From Octopus sinensis (taxonomy: Eukaryota): DNA of 64,000 nucleotides. The notes beneath the pieces are model-generated. The model saw nothing but the letters and a program-made list of their open reading frames with translations, was not told the DNA's origin and made no database searches. Shown here piece by piece: positions 27,207 to 40,225 of this stretch. Both the position numbers and the translations under genes were made by a program. The stretch spans positions 70,308,001 through 70,372,000 of the forward strand of contig NC_043008.1 in the NCBI RefSeq assembly GCF_006345805.1, given 5' to 3'. Each line of letters starts with the position of its first letter. Positions within the stretch are counted from its first letter, which is position 1.

Positions 27207-28760
27207 TATAAATTAAGTGGAAGTATACAAAACGAAGCCTTATTTCCCATCTTAGTGTTAGTTTTGTTTCATTTAGAAAAATAAAAATTTATTTTATGTT
27301 CTATTATTGTATATAGTTTGACTTATATAAATGGGAGCACCAAAATCTTTTAATTTCTTAGGGCCTCTCTGGGTCTTAATCCAGCCCTGCACCTATATAC
27401 ACCTTACACATGGTTTCAGGCATTGCTGTAATGTGACAAGAGACAGTTCTGAGTGGGTTCATGCAAAAAGGATTAAAATACTGAACGAGAGGAGAAAAGA
27501 GATTAGTGTTTTCAGTTCAAGAATAAGAATAGGAAAAAAAATTTTTTCCAAGGTTTGTGTGTTGAAATGTTGATTTCTTATAAAGTAGGTTGGCTGTTAG
27601 AGACATCTTTCTCCTGCATTTTCTTTGTATCTGGACTTACAAATAAAATTAAAACCTCTATTTTCCTCTAGTCTAGGGACACTCAGTTACTTTCTAAAAA
27701 TTATGAAAGGCAAAAGTAACATCATTGTGATTAGAACATGAATTAGAAACAGATCTAACTAAATACCACAAAATATTTTGTATTCCATTCTTCATCAAGA
27801 ATTCTTAATATTGGTACAATACTAATTCTACCATTGTCCATTTATTATTAGCCATTCACCTCCAAAACATTGGCACTGTACCAGTTCTACCATCCATTCA
27901 TCATTCTGTTGCTATACCAATTTTGCCATCCATCGTCATTGATCAACCCCTACTACCCAAAACCCAAATATTGGTTGATTCTATGTTGATTCTACCATTC
28001 CTCACCATTGACAATCACTGCCTAAATATTGGAACCATCCCAATTCTTCCATCTGCCATCAGTGGTCATCCACTGACCAAGTAGTATTTCTTTCTAATTT
28101 TGGTATAAGGCCAGCAATTCTGAGGGGAGAGTAAGTGAATTACATTGACCCTCATTACTCAACTGGTACTTATTTTATTGACAACCCAAAGGGATGAAAG
28201 GGCGAAGACAATAGTGGTGGTATTTGAACTCAGAGCATAAAGAACCAGAAGGCATGCTGCTAAGCATATTGTCTGACATTGTAGCAATTCTTCTAGTTCA
28301 CCACTGGCCAAATAACTAGGATTTTAAATATGGATACAAGTCTTCAAACTGAAGACAGATGAGATTCTGCAGGTCGAATTAATCTCATTATCTGACAAGT
28401 AGTTATTTTATCAACTGAAGAAAATTTTAAGTCAGAGATAATCATAACAAGGTTTGATGTCAGAATGTAAAGGAGACCACCTAAGTGGCTTTCTGCTGTT
28501 TATTCGTTTTACCAATCACTCAACAATGATTTCTATACTCATCTGAAAGGAATAAAGATTTAAAACCAGATTGTAATTAAATTGGAGTTAGATGAACCTG
28601 GCAAGATTTGAACTCAGAACGGTTGCATTCTCTTCATTTATGCTATGACTCTCACTATAGCTCTCCAAAATATAATGAGATACTGATAATGAAGATAAAA
28701 GCAAAAACAAAAAAAAAAGAAAATATTGCTATAACTTGAGGTGGAGAGAGTAGCTGGTAC

Positions 28761-28797
28761 CTTCTCCTCGATCTCACCCACATAATATACATCCACC
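28761..28797 (-). CDS. Candidate 37-nt internal exon
   Basis: tttatttgtag|g gtg gat gta tat tat gtg ggt gag atc gag gag aag|gtacca; VDVYYVGEIEEK joins the 17827 exon in phase 0. Confidence 0.3.
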
Positions 28798-29946
28798 CTA
28801 CAAATAAATACAGATGTCATCATATTGAATCACTTTCAATATTGGCTGCCAAATATAAAGAAGGTGATAGCATTGTTGTTCTTATTCATGCTGTTATTAC
28901 TATTGCTGTTGTTGGTGTTTTGTTTTAAGAGGGGGAAGTTATTCTCTATTTATTTATATATTCATTTAGTTGTTGTTTTACATTATTTTTTACTCCAACA
29001 TATTTGTTGGTTGATATGATATAGAAGTGGAGGGCGTATACACGTGTATGCTTGCATATATATATGTGTGTGTATGTGTGTGCCTGTGAGTATGTATATG
29101 TGTATGAATATAAATATATGTACATATTTGTTTGTGTGTGCATGTGCCTACATGCATGTGTATGTATATCTGTGTGTGTGGGAGTGAACATATTTGTATA
29201 AAGTGATAGATACACACAACCACACTCACATACATATACAGAATCATTGTGTAAGCTATACTAATATCATTGACACAGTGTGGGTGTCTGAGAGTTTGTG
29301 TCTGCATGTGTGTCTCTATATTTATCTGTAAATACTGTAGTCATGTCTGTATTTGTGTATATATTGTATATATACATAAAAACAACAGCATATTTCAACA
29401 GCATTTAATATCTTTCATTTGATATAGGGTATAGTTGATTGATATTGGGATTCATATAATCAATACATGCTTTCACACACATGCTCATATTTACATAGAT
29501 TTATACATACGTGTGTGTACACACACACACACAAACAAATATACATGCACACACACACACATATATATGTATTGATGTATAATTCCCTGTATTGTAATTT
29601 GTATAGTTTAGAATATAGGCATCGGTCTTTTAATATTTGTGCTTTTGGCATAGATTATATTACATGAAAGTCTGTCTCAAACTGATATGGCCATTAGGCC
29701 AAAGTTTATCTTACTGTTCATAGTGTTTCAGTGACTGCAAGTACAAGACCTCCTCCCCCACTGAATGGGATGCTGATCCACCATAGAGTCAGCCCTCCAG
29801 CAGATGTCTCTCATTGCTGTTTTTAGCAGAGAGGGCTACTGTAAAATAAAAGTGCCCTGCCTGAGTATACAGTATATTACCCAGTCAGAAAATGAAATTA
29901 TGAACTAATGATTGTAACCACATCATTCAAACCACTATGTCACGTG

Positions 29947-30245
29947 TGGAGACACATGGCCTAGTGGTTAGAGCAGCGGACTCGCAGTCGAGGAATCGCT
30001 GGTTCGAATCTCAGACCGGGCAATGTGTGTGTTTATGAGCGAAACACCTAAGTTCCACGCGGCCCCGGCAGAAGGTAATGGCGAACTTCTGCTGACACTT
30101 TCGCCACAACTTTCTCTCACTCTTTCCTCCTGCATCTTGCAGCTCATCTGCAATGGACCGGCACCCCATCCAGGTGGGGAACCTATACACCAAGGAAACT
30201 GGGAAACCGGCCCTTATGAGCCAGACATGGCTCGAGAAGGGACAA
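29947..30245 (+). mobile_element. Young tRNA-derived SINE (family D) with a 13-bp target-site duplication
   Basis: TSD actatgtcacgtg at 29934-29946 and 30246-30258; A box tggcctagtggttagag, B box ggttcgaatctc; CpGs retained. Confidence 0.9.
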
Positions 30246-30348
30246 ACTATGTCACGTGGTATTTCACCACCTGATGAAGCATTAACTCATGCATTTGGAG
30301 ATGGGGGCAGCAACACCTTCAGCTTACAAGTGTTTACATATCTATCTA

Positions 30349-30509
<161 letters not shown>

Positions 30510-31164
30510 GTGTGTGTGTGTGTGTGTTCATATATATCTTCGTGATATATACTATTGTACAACATACATATGTTTACATCTATGAGAGTTTGTACATATG
30601 CACTTGCATGTGTATGTACATATATACACATGTGCATGCATATATGTATATATGGGAGATACAAAATGAAGGTTCTGTCATAAATGAGTCATATCATACA
30701 CCAACACACCCCTCCTAAAAATCCTGATAACAAGAACATATCCTATACTGTAACTCACACACTCACAGCAAGAACCTATCTGGTAAAAGTTTAGCAATTA
30801 CAGATCTTTGATTTTAAAACTGTTTCCTAAAATAACCTAGGTTTTTCCTAACATTTTTAGAAGATACTTGGAATCCTTTCTCTGGAGTGCACTATGCCAG
30901 TGTCTTCTGTAAGGGACCAGAAACCAAAGCAAAGCACACTTTCCAAATTTGTTGCTACGGCTGCTGAGGAAGATGCAAAACAGTGACAAAATGTACCACA
31001 GCTGTTCCCTCTTTTGCTACAGTACTCTGGAACACTGTCTACAATAAGTTCATTATTATTGAAGACGTTGCACAGTATCCAATATTGTGTACTGGGGATT
31101 TGTACTGACTGTCAAGTCAAAGCAAGGACCTTAGTTATAATAATAATAATAATAATAATTATTA

Positions 31165-31548
31165 TTATTATTATTATTCATCGTTTAACGTCCGCTTTCC
31201 ATGCTGACATGGGTTGAACGGTTTGACTGGGGACTGGTGAGCCAGATGGCTGCATCAGGCTCCAATCTGATCTGGCAGAGTTTCTACAGCTGGGTGCTTT
31301 TACGTGCCACTGGCACGAGGGCTAGTCAGGCGTTACTGGCCACGACCATGCTCAAAATGGTGTTTTTACATGTCACCTGCACAGGAGCCAGTCCAGTGGC
31401 ACTGGCAACACCCTCGCTCGAATGTTGTTTTTCACATACCACCGGCACAAGTGCCAGTAAGGCGACACTGGTAACGATCATGCTCGAATGGTGCTTTTTA
31501 CATGCCACTGGCATGGGGGCCAGTCAGTACCCCTGGCAACGATCACGC

Positions 31549-31550
<2 letters not shown>
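31165..31550 (-). mobile_element. RTE-derived 3' end with about 65-bp internal tandem repeats
   Basis: tttaacgtccgctttccatgc...ctggcagagtttctacagctgg, then repeated ggtgcttttacgtgccactggca...gctcgaat units. Confidence 0.75.
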
Positions 31551-31551
<1 letters not shown>

Positions 31552-31583
<32 letters not shown>

Positions 31584-31742
31584 CATTATTATCATTATTA
31601 TTATTATTATTATCATTATTATCATTATTATTATTATTATTATCATCATTATTATCATTATTATTATTATTATTATCATCATTATTATCATTATTATTAT
31701 TATTATTATCATCATTATTATCATTATTATTATCATTATTAT
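31552..31742. repeat. (ATT)n/(ATC) microsatellite with 21-27 bp superperiod
   Basis: Direct reading. Confidence 0.9.
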
Positions 31743-31744
31743 GT

Positions 31745-31995
31745 TGGAACTCCTGGAGCCTTGCGTGTATAGTGGGCGTGTTACCTGTTGCTTATGATAC
31801 CATGCTATATATTCTTTTCAAATATCCAATACTTTCCTGATTATTCTGGCTGTACGAAGGAGGCAAACCTTTCTTAACAGTTCTACTAGGCACTCTGTTT
31901 CACTCTCCTTTATATTCCTCTTGATGCCTTCTGGTACTGTCCCTAAGGACCCAACATTAATTGATACGAACTTCACCTTCTTCATTTTCCACAGT
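31745..31995 (-). mobile_element. 5'-truncated R4/Dong-like LINE within (TAA)n
   Basis: QLWKMKKVKFVSINVGSLGTVPEGIKRNIKESETECLVELLRKVCLLRTARIIRKVLDI*; AAT arrays on both sides. Confidence 0.8.
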
Positions 31996-33299
31996 TGTAT
32001 TATTATTATTATTAGCTAAATATTTATTATGAATAATAAAAGAAAATAAGCTTAATAAAACATTGGGATTCCTGGATGTTGGTTGAGAACACACAAATGG
32101 CAAAACTTTTAACTCTGAGTGTTGTGCTCCAGTATGGCCTTGGTTGTGATGTCAGTGACAAAGTAACAAACATATCTGTTTTTTTCACACAGCTAAGTAA
32201 TCAATTATTTGAATGTAATGCTTTATTTCAGTCTCTCTAATATAATTTCCTTGTATCATGTTCTTCAGGCAATCGAAAAATTCACTGTAGTTATTGAAAT
32301 GTTCTTTTATTCTTCTCCCTATTGACACAGTAAAACAGGAATCATGTGCTTTTACTTCCTCTAGTGTCATTGGTCAGTTTGGCAGTCAATCATACTGGCA
32401 TGGCATCAATATCTGTTGTCACTTTTATCCACTCTTCTATCTGTTGGGGCAAGATTAACTGGTTTTGAACTAGGAATAGGGTTTGCAAATCTCCTTTCTT
32501 TGTTCCTTTGTTGTTGTGGTCGTGGTGGTGGGTGGGGTTGCTGTTGTTGTTCTTGTTGCTGTTATTGCTGTTACTATTGTTGTTCTTATTGTTGAGCGTA
32601 TTAGAAAGTTGTGTGAGAATTTTATACCCATTTGTCTTATAGGTATTGAAGGCATTTTTTTTTTCACTGTTCCATTGTTGTAAGCAGAAGCTGCTTGAGT
32701 TATTGACCAAGTCATTCACGTGTTTTGTTGAATACTATTCACTTAACCTCAACAAGAAAAGGGGTTTTTGGTGGTGGTGAGGTCACTTAACCTTCTAGAA
32801 ATAATAGCCAAGTCACCTTAAAATCACATTCAGCCATACTGAATTGAAAGAATTGATGACATTGCATAATGCCATTCCAAATATCTGAAGGAATATTCAT
32901 AGCCTGAATACCTTTGATCTGAAGTAGGTCCTATTATAGCTGACTCAGGATCAAATAGACAAAATTTCTTCTATTTTACATTACTTCTTCAAATATTAGC
33001 CTGAATCTCAACACATTCTAATACAAAAAAACCCCCCCAAAAAACTATAAATTCTATATTAATTGTTAACCCTTAACCAATTCATTATTAATCTTTGATT
33101 AATAAAAGATTAAGGTGTTGAAACAGTACAGTGGTATAGTGGTTTCAGTGTTGGATAGAATGCTTTATAGTATTTATTCTAACCTTTTGTATCCAAAGTT
33201 CAAATCTTGATGAGGTCATCTTTGTTTTTCATAATTTTGGAGTCAATAAAAATATACAAATTCAGGACAGTGGGTTAGTGGAACTGTTGGGGACAGCTG

Positions 33300-33765
33300 T
33301 GTAAAGAAGTGCTGACTGCTAACTCTGGAAGGAACCTGTAGACCCAGGAAGACATGGGATGAGGTGGTGTAGCATGGTCTTCAGATGTTGAGTTGCATGG
33401 AGGCAATGATAAGTGACTGAAACCTTTTGTGATTTGCTGTGCTTGAGAAGACATGTCAAGCCAAATGAAATCGTAGTCATAGCCAGTGCTGGTGATACAT
33501 TAAAGGCACCTGTGCCAGTGATACATAATGTGCTGGTCACATATAAGAGGCACCCATGCCAGTGACATTTAAAAGACATCCATGCCAGTGACATGTAAAA
33601 GGCACCGACTATACACTTAGAGTGGTTGGCGTTAGGAAGGGCACCCAGCTGTAGAAACCAAGCCAAATCAGACTGGAGCCTGGTACAGCTCTCTAGTTTA
33701 CCATTCTCAGTCAAACCGTCTAACCCATGCCAGCATGGAAATCAGATGTTGAATGATGATGATAA
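33300..33765 (+). mobile_element. RTE-derived 3' end
   Basis: aggaagggcacccagctgtagaaacc...tcaaaccgtctaacccatgccagcatggaa...gatgatgat tail. Confidence 0.75.
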
Positions 33766-34648
33766 TGTTTGGCGATCAGGAAAAATGCCTTGTGGAATAT
33801 TTTGTAGCTCTTTGTGTTCTGACAACAATACCTGCAACAACATTGGTGACAAGCTGAATCACTTCCAAGCCAAAGATCTTACCCTTGGATAAGTACTGGT
33901 AGCATGGAGAAGGGAAACTTGAATGCATGGGCAACTGCCAGCTTTCCTAAAAAATTGCCCAAGCCTTTACATATAGATGTAGAGATACAATCACCCTTGA
34001 CCAATGGAAACCCCATGTAATACATTGTGATTCTCTTGCATCACTACATCAGCAAATACAGTGAAATCCAAGCTTTATAGAAGAGGTCATAATAAGGCTG
34101 AAACATGTCAAAAGTTGTCTTCCATACTTACTGAAATAATGAACATAACAATGGTCATTGACTAACAATATCTTTTCCCTCTCATTATAATTATTTGTAC
34201 TCTGCTTCTTAATGTCCCCCTCCCTTGTAATATCAAATATGCTAACAGTAACTGCATTAGATTAGTTGTGTAAGAAAATTGTGAAACACTAAGAATGAAT
34301 TCTCAAAGCTATTTAGATTCTTTTTCTCCATATTCTGTGTTTGAACCTTTATAAAAAAGATCAAAAGTGCCTTCAATTCACTCAAAATATATGTCAGTAA
34401 TGTTAATATATTAGAATAAGGGAGACTGATTTAGTATCTTTGTAAATTTCCATGAATTCCTTTGTTTTATAGCTGAGTGAAAGAAATCATATCAGGGATG
34501 TACAATGGAATTAACAAAAGTCAAATATGATTGTTGTATCTTGAAATTGTGGCATAAGATCAACTGTCTCCCGATAGTTAATCATGTGTCACTATTTAAC
34601 GTTTTATTTTAAGTACCAATATGTTTCAGTGAAGTGATTGCTGACATG

Positions 34649-34689
<41 letters not shown>

Positions 34690-34968
34690 TCTGCTATTAG
34701 CACAAGACCTGAAGTTTTGAGAGAGAGACAAGTCAATTACATTGACCCCTAATCCTCAACTGGTACTGAAAGACAAAATCAGTCTTGGCAGCTTTTGAAC
34801 TCAAAACATAAACACCCGAAAGAAATGCTTCTGAACATTTTGTTGCTGTTGCACTTATGATCGTAAGATTGTGATTTTGATTCCTGGACTGAGTGATGCA
34901 TTGTGTTCTTGAGCACAAAGGATATTCAGCTGTAAAACATTGCTTCCATAGTATATATTCACCTAACC

Positions 34969-35365
34969 TATTGATTCTCAACTAGGATCCATATGACCCT
35001 TGGTGGTGGTGGTGGTTGGGGTCTGCATAAGATTTTTGGGGTTTCATACAAGTAAAGTTGTAAATTAGGGATCCACAGTATTTAAAGGGTGCATGAAAAA
35101 TTTTGCTTTAGATATATTTTTTACAAGAAACAACTAGGTTTCTTTCACTGATATTTTACATAGTTTAACATGTTTCTGGCCACTGAAATATGTTCGCTCA
35201 GAGAATGTTATTGCTTATGTGCACAAGTGAATGAGTGAGAAACAAAATAAGAATTTTGAAAATACTTATGAAAATACTTTTTAAACACTAAATGGCTCTG
35301 GGAGTCTACGAGAAGAAAATAGTAATCAAAGGGGTCCAGAGGTAAAAAATGGTTGAGGGCCACTG
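34969..35365. mobile_element. hAT/Charlie-like MITE
   Basis: Ends tattgattctcaac and ggttgagggccactg (cagtggttctcaacc type); flanks acctaacc/atttaacc are a plausible decayed 8-bp TSD. Confidence 0.6.
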
Positions 35366-37265
35366 ATTTAACCTATGTTGGTATTGAACACTAGACATAA
35401 GACAAATGAATTGTATAGCCTAAGAGAGTGAATAAAATCAGAAAAACTACATTACATGGTATCTTGATGAACTACTGAAGTAGAGATACTTAGTGAAGCA
35501 ATATATGGAAATTAGGGAAGCTACATCAAATGCTATGAATGCACATAGCATAGTGGTTAGAATGTTGGGCTCATGATCATTAGGTCTTGGTTTCTAAACT
35601 GGGAGAAGCATTGTGGTTCCAGTCCACTCAGCTGAAAATAAGTGCCACTAACAGCTTAGGGTTAACCCTGCAGTGAAATAGTATCCTATTCAAGTGAGAG
35701 CATATTAATTTTAGTTGGTTGTATACCACAGACATCACAATATTCTCAGGCCTAATGAATCTGTAGGCATGTGACAGACTTGTGGCCTAAGGTTAAGTAA
35801 AGGAGTTATTCGTAAAATATCTTATAAGGTAGAATTAAAATATGATAAGAATAAAATTAGAATTATTTCAATATAGAAGTGATTCATAAATTGGTTGTGT
35901 TTATATTACACTTAGAGGTTTTCTGTCAAAAAGCTGTCACATAATATATCTATCTTTGGATTTGTGAATAATGTGGTAAATTGAGGTTAGTGCTGTATGA
36001 AAATAAAAAAGTAAAATGGTGTTAGGGTTGAAAAGAAATGTGTGAGAAGTGACTAGAAATTTAGATTGAAGATTTATATGATTTCTTTTAAGATTGCCAA
36101 ATTATATTGAGGAGAATGGCATGTGTTTGGAAAGCTTGTTTAATGTTAGTAATAAATGTGTTACTAACATAGAATGAAATCTTAAGATTTATTTCTAAGC
36201 GTAACAGATTATTTAAAAATCTTGATCACATGATGTGTCGTAGGGAACTTGGTTTACTATTAGGATTTTATACATCGTTATGTATTGTGTAAAATGTTTT
36301 CTAATAATAATAGGGTAACATTGATATATAAGCGCTTATGGAAGGAAGGATGCAAGCCTGTAATAATTGTAAAGGTAGCTTAATAATAGGTTTCTGATTA
36401 CAACATATAACTAAACATGTTGGTAAGCATTCCTAAGGTAACAGATTATAATTAGAGTTTTAATGGAAGGATGCATGTCTATGTGTATTGGGCTTTTAAT
36501 CTTGTTATCCACACGTACGCTTTAACTAAAAGTGAATCTCACGGGATGCAATTTTTAGATCAGTGTTAGATTTAGAAAGTGGAGATGTATAGAAGAAAGG
36601 ACCAGGTATTAAAGAAATTACACATCATTGTCAGTGTTTAAACATCCACTTTTCCATACTCACATGGGTTGGACAAAATTTATTGAGGCAGATTTTCAAT
36701 GGCTTGACACTCTTCCCATTACCAACTCTTACCAATATACAAGTAAAATAATATGAATGTATTCCTCTCTCTCCCTCTCCCACCTTCTAGTACAGTTTTC
36801 TTTGAACATCTTGAAACATTTATATATTTGTATGTATATTGTTCACATATACAGAAAACAAAAGATGAAGACAGCAACAACAAGCAGGTGTATCAGTTTA
36901 CTGCTTGTGAAGAATGGGAAAGTCTTTTATGTTTTGAGCTTACGCTCTTCAACAAAAAGGATTAAGAGAGAAAAATGTATACAGCATGATGAAAATATAT
37001 GTGTGTGCGTATATATATATATATATACACACAGACATATATATATATATATATACATATTTATACATATGTGTGTGTATATATATGTATACATATATAC
37101 ACGTGTGTGTATATATATGTATGTTATAGATATTCATATGCATATATATATAGATGTGTATATATATATATTTATATATATATGTAAAAATTTAGATTCA
37201 GTTGAGGCACCAGAATTTAGTATGGTATTATCCATACAATTTCAAAGTAATATACATATATATAT

Positions 37266-37319
<54 letters not shown>

Positions 37320-37320
<1 letters not shown>

Positions 37321-37447
37321 TAGCAGTATAGCCCAGCATTGCTCAGGTTTGTTTTTTAGTTGTGCTTAAAACAGCAGATAGTCTTAGTTTAAGGCTACCA
37401 AATCTGCCACACACACACACAAACAACTTCAGCTTTATATATATAGA
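37320..37447 (-). mobile_element. 128-bp non-autonomous Helitron
   Basis: Minus strand A|TCtatatatataaagctgaag...cctgagcaatgctggg hairpin...CTAG|T. Confidence 0.8.
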
Positions 37448-37474
37448 TGTGTGTATAGATATATACATATATAT

Positions 37475-39418
37475 ATCTGAGTAGAAACGCTGCCTCTATG
37501 GCATTTGCCAGAGCTGCAGAGAACGATGCTCAACGTGAGCTGCATCTGAGCAGAGACACTGCTTCTACTGCATCTGCCAGAGCTGCAGAGACAGCAGATA
37601 ACAGATCCAATCGACTAGGGGATGTTTCTCAGTACAAAGCCAATAGACAAGGTATTTCGAGAGCAGTAAAATCACAATGGTCATTGAAGGCCTTCAATTA
37701 TGTTCCTACTAATGATTATGCAGACCACCCTGACAATCAGATTGGTGGCATGTCTAAAACTTGTCAATTTTGCAATGCTAAACAAGGGGTGGGTGAACCA
37801 GTGGAATTGTGCTGTTCAAATGGAAATGTAAAACTCACAACACCTAGGGATCCACCACAGCCACTTTAACTTGTTCTTACAGGTACTCTTTCTCTCTCAA
37901 GGGCCTTCCTTAAACATATCTGACATTACAACTGCGATAACGTATTTGGATCTGTTATCTGCTGTCTCTGCAGCTCTGGCAGATGCAGTAGAAGCAGTGT
38001 CTCTGCTCAGATGTAGTTCACGCTGAGCATCGTTCTCTGCAGCTCTGGCAAATGCCATAGAGGCAGCGTTTCTACTCAGATGTAGTTCACGCTGAGCATC
38101 ATTCTCAGCAGCTCGTGCAGCTGCAGCCTTTTAGTCTAAACGAAGTCTTTGCCGATTATTTTTGTCTGCAGCTTGTACATCTGCATTAATCATTGCGTTT
38201 CCTTCGTTCTAATGTTGAACATTTTCGTTATTCAGTGCAGTCTGTGGGAATGTAGTTGCTGATGCATTACTGCTGCCTTGAATCAATGTCTCGTCATCAT
38301 TCTCAGCTGAATGAGAAGATGAAATGGGAACAGAATCTCCCTCCCGTCGATTCAAGCAACGCTCATCCATGGACATAACAGCCGCATCAATTGAACTCCC
38401 CATAATTTGAGACTCTCTATTACTCAACGATGGTGAATGAAGTCTCCTTCTTTTCATCATCTGTTTTGGGGTCGATTGTATTATAGCCCTCATTTTTTAG
38501 GCATTGTCGTGTGAAGCACATTCAAGCAAAGTGATGTGGCAAAAAGTATATCTTAAATGCGAAGAAATTTCAAAAAGTAAAACGTAAAAAGAGGTGGTTC
38601 TAATTCCTACTGCGTCAACATGCACCACAATTTATTAATTTTACATCTTTCCATTAGTTAGCACCAAAAATTTCATTTAATTGTTATTGAACAATTATTA
38701 AGAAAGAATGTCTCAGTTCGAAATCCATAAAATAAGGTAAACAGTTCTTGTATAGTACCAAAGATAAATTTTTAGACAGCCGTAGTTAAGTTGGTATTTA
38801 AAAATGTTTTTATGGAAAAAACTTACAAAGTATAACGCTCACAGCAACTATAATGTGTTGCAGCATACAAAGGCAGTACAGTCCAAATGACTAAGCAAAA
38901 TGTTCTGTTTTACGCTAATGCAATTAGTTTTTCTCACAAAAAAATCAATTGAAATTGCTGAATTGTACTTAACGCTGTAGCAGTTGACGACCTTGAAAAT
39001 TAGTGCATTCACGCAGCGAACACTACTCCTCTGCATTGGATCAGCTGATCTGTCGTTCCCTCAAAATCAATGACATCGCAAAAAAATTCTTTTCGACCCT
39101 TTAGAATTGGAATTTTTGAAAATAAAAAATTTTACATTATGTAGCTTCTTTCGAAAAATGGCGACACAATAGTAAAAAAATCATAAAAAATAGGGATTTT
39201 CATAGAAAAAAAAAGCACCTTTTCGATGTAAATAATTTTTGGTCTTAACATGGTCCGATTTGAATTTTTTCTTCTATGGAATGAAGAGCAAGCCTTCTAT
39301 CATACTCTCAATTTTGGTCAACTTGTGCAGCAGGGTCTCAGAGGAGATAGTGTTATTTGAAGGCTACTAAACCTGCCACACACACACACAGACAACTTCA
39401 GCTCTATATATATATAGA
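37475..39418. mobile_element. Rearranged autonomous-type Helitron 5' part (RepHel N-terminus) with an internal inversion-duplication
   Basis: 5' TC end at 39418 (-). The ORF runs minus 38493->37946 and continues plus 37475->37935 with AFNY.P..DY..H...IGGM...CQFCNA...E....CCSNG.V.L...PPQPL...FL.HI..YN. Confidence 0.85.
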
Positions 39419-39445
39419 TATATATATATGGATATATCTATATAG

Positions 39446-39476
<31 letters not shown>

Positions 39477-39970
39477 GATATATAGATATAAAGATATATA
39501 TATATATATATATAGATAGATAGATATATATGTGAGTGTGTGTATGTATAGATATATGTATGTATATATGTATATATCACATGATCAACCAGACTATCAG
39601 CTATTGTTATACATCACTGGTCACAATGCACTTTGGCGAGTTTTAGCCATTAAACAACAACATGCTACTGGCTAGGTGAGCAGGCCAATATTCGTCCCGA
39701 TCTGGAGGCTAGTCCATTGTGGATTTATCTACATATATCTGGGTAAATTGGACATAAGCCCAAGAACAAGTCATGCAAGGTTATCCCCTTAAATTTTGAG
39801 TGGGCAATGCAGACAGTTTGAACAACCAGGGTTGGACCTATTTCCGAACACCCTAAGCACATTTTATTCTCACACTTGTGGGACTGGGGGAATCTGACAT
39901 GAAGTGATCTGCTGAAGAACACAACACACTGAGCAGCATGTTGTTTATATATACGTTTCCATATATATAT

Positions 39971-40155
39971 ATATGAAAGAAGGTTTAATAATGCAATTCT
40001 AAAAGATGTTTATTTACTTTACCAGTTTCACTTTTTTAGAAAAAGATTGTCAAAAGCTTTTACATGTTACTTTTGACAATCTTTTTCTAAAAAAGGGAAA
40101 CTGGTAAAGTAAATAAACATCTTTTAAAATTGCATTTTCAAGCCTTCTTTCATAT
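39971..40155. repeat. 185-bp foldback (about 86-bp arms, 13-nt loop) between TA tracts
   Basis: Arms 39971-40056 and 40070-40155 are near-perfect reverse complements. Confidence 0.85.
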
Positions 40156-40194
40156 ATAATTCCACTTGTGCAGTACCTTACAACTCCACATTGT

Positions 40195-40225
<31 letters not shown>

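Noticed and set aside
27800-28080. Loose ~55-bp tandem repeat (aatattgg...ttctaccat)
   Set aside because: Too degenerate to define unit boundaries reliably.
29947-30022. Possible tRNA gene (also 23768-23843 and the family A/C heads)
   Set aside because: A/B boxes are present but no complete cloverleaf; they are embedded in SINE bodies, one with a TSD.
30265-30300. Isolated CTGATGA motifs (also 10429, 47668, 50406)
   Set aside because: No paired helix II with GAAAC/stem III at a suitable distance.
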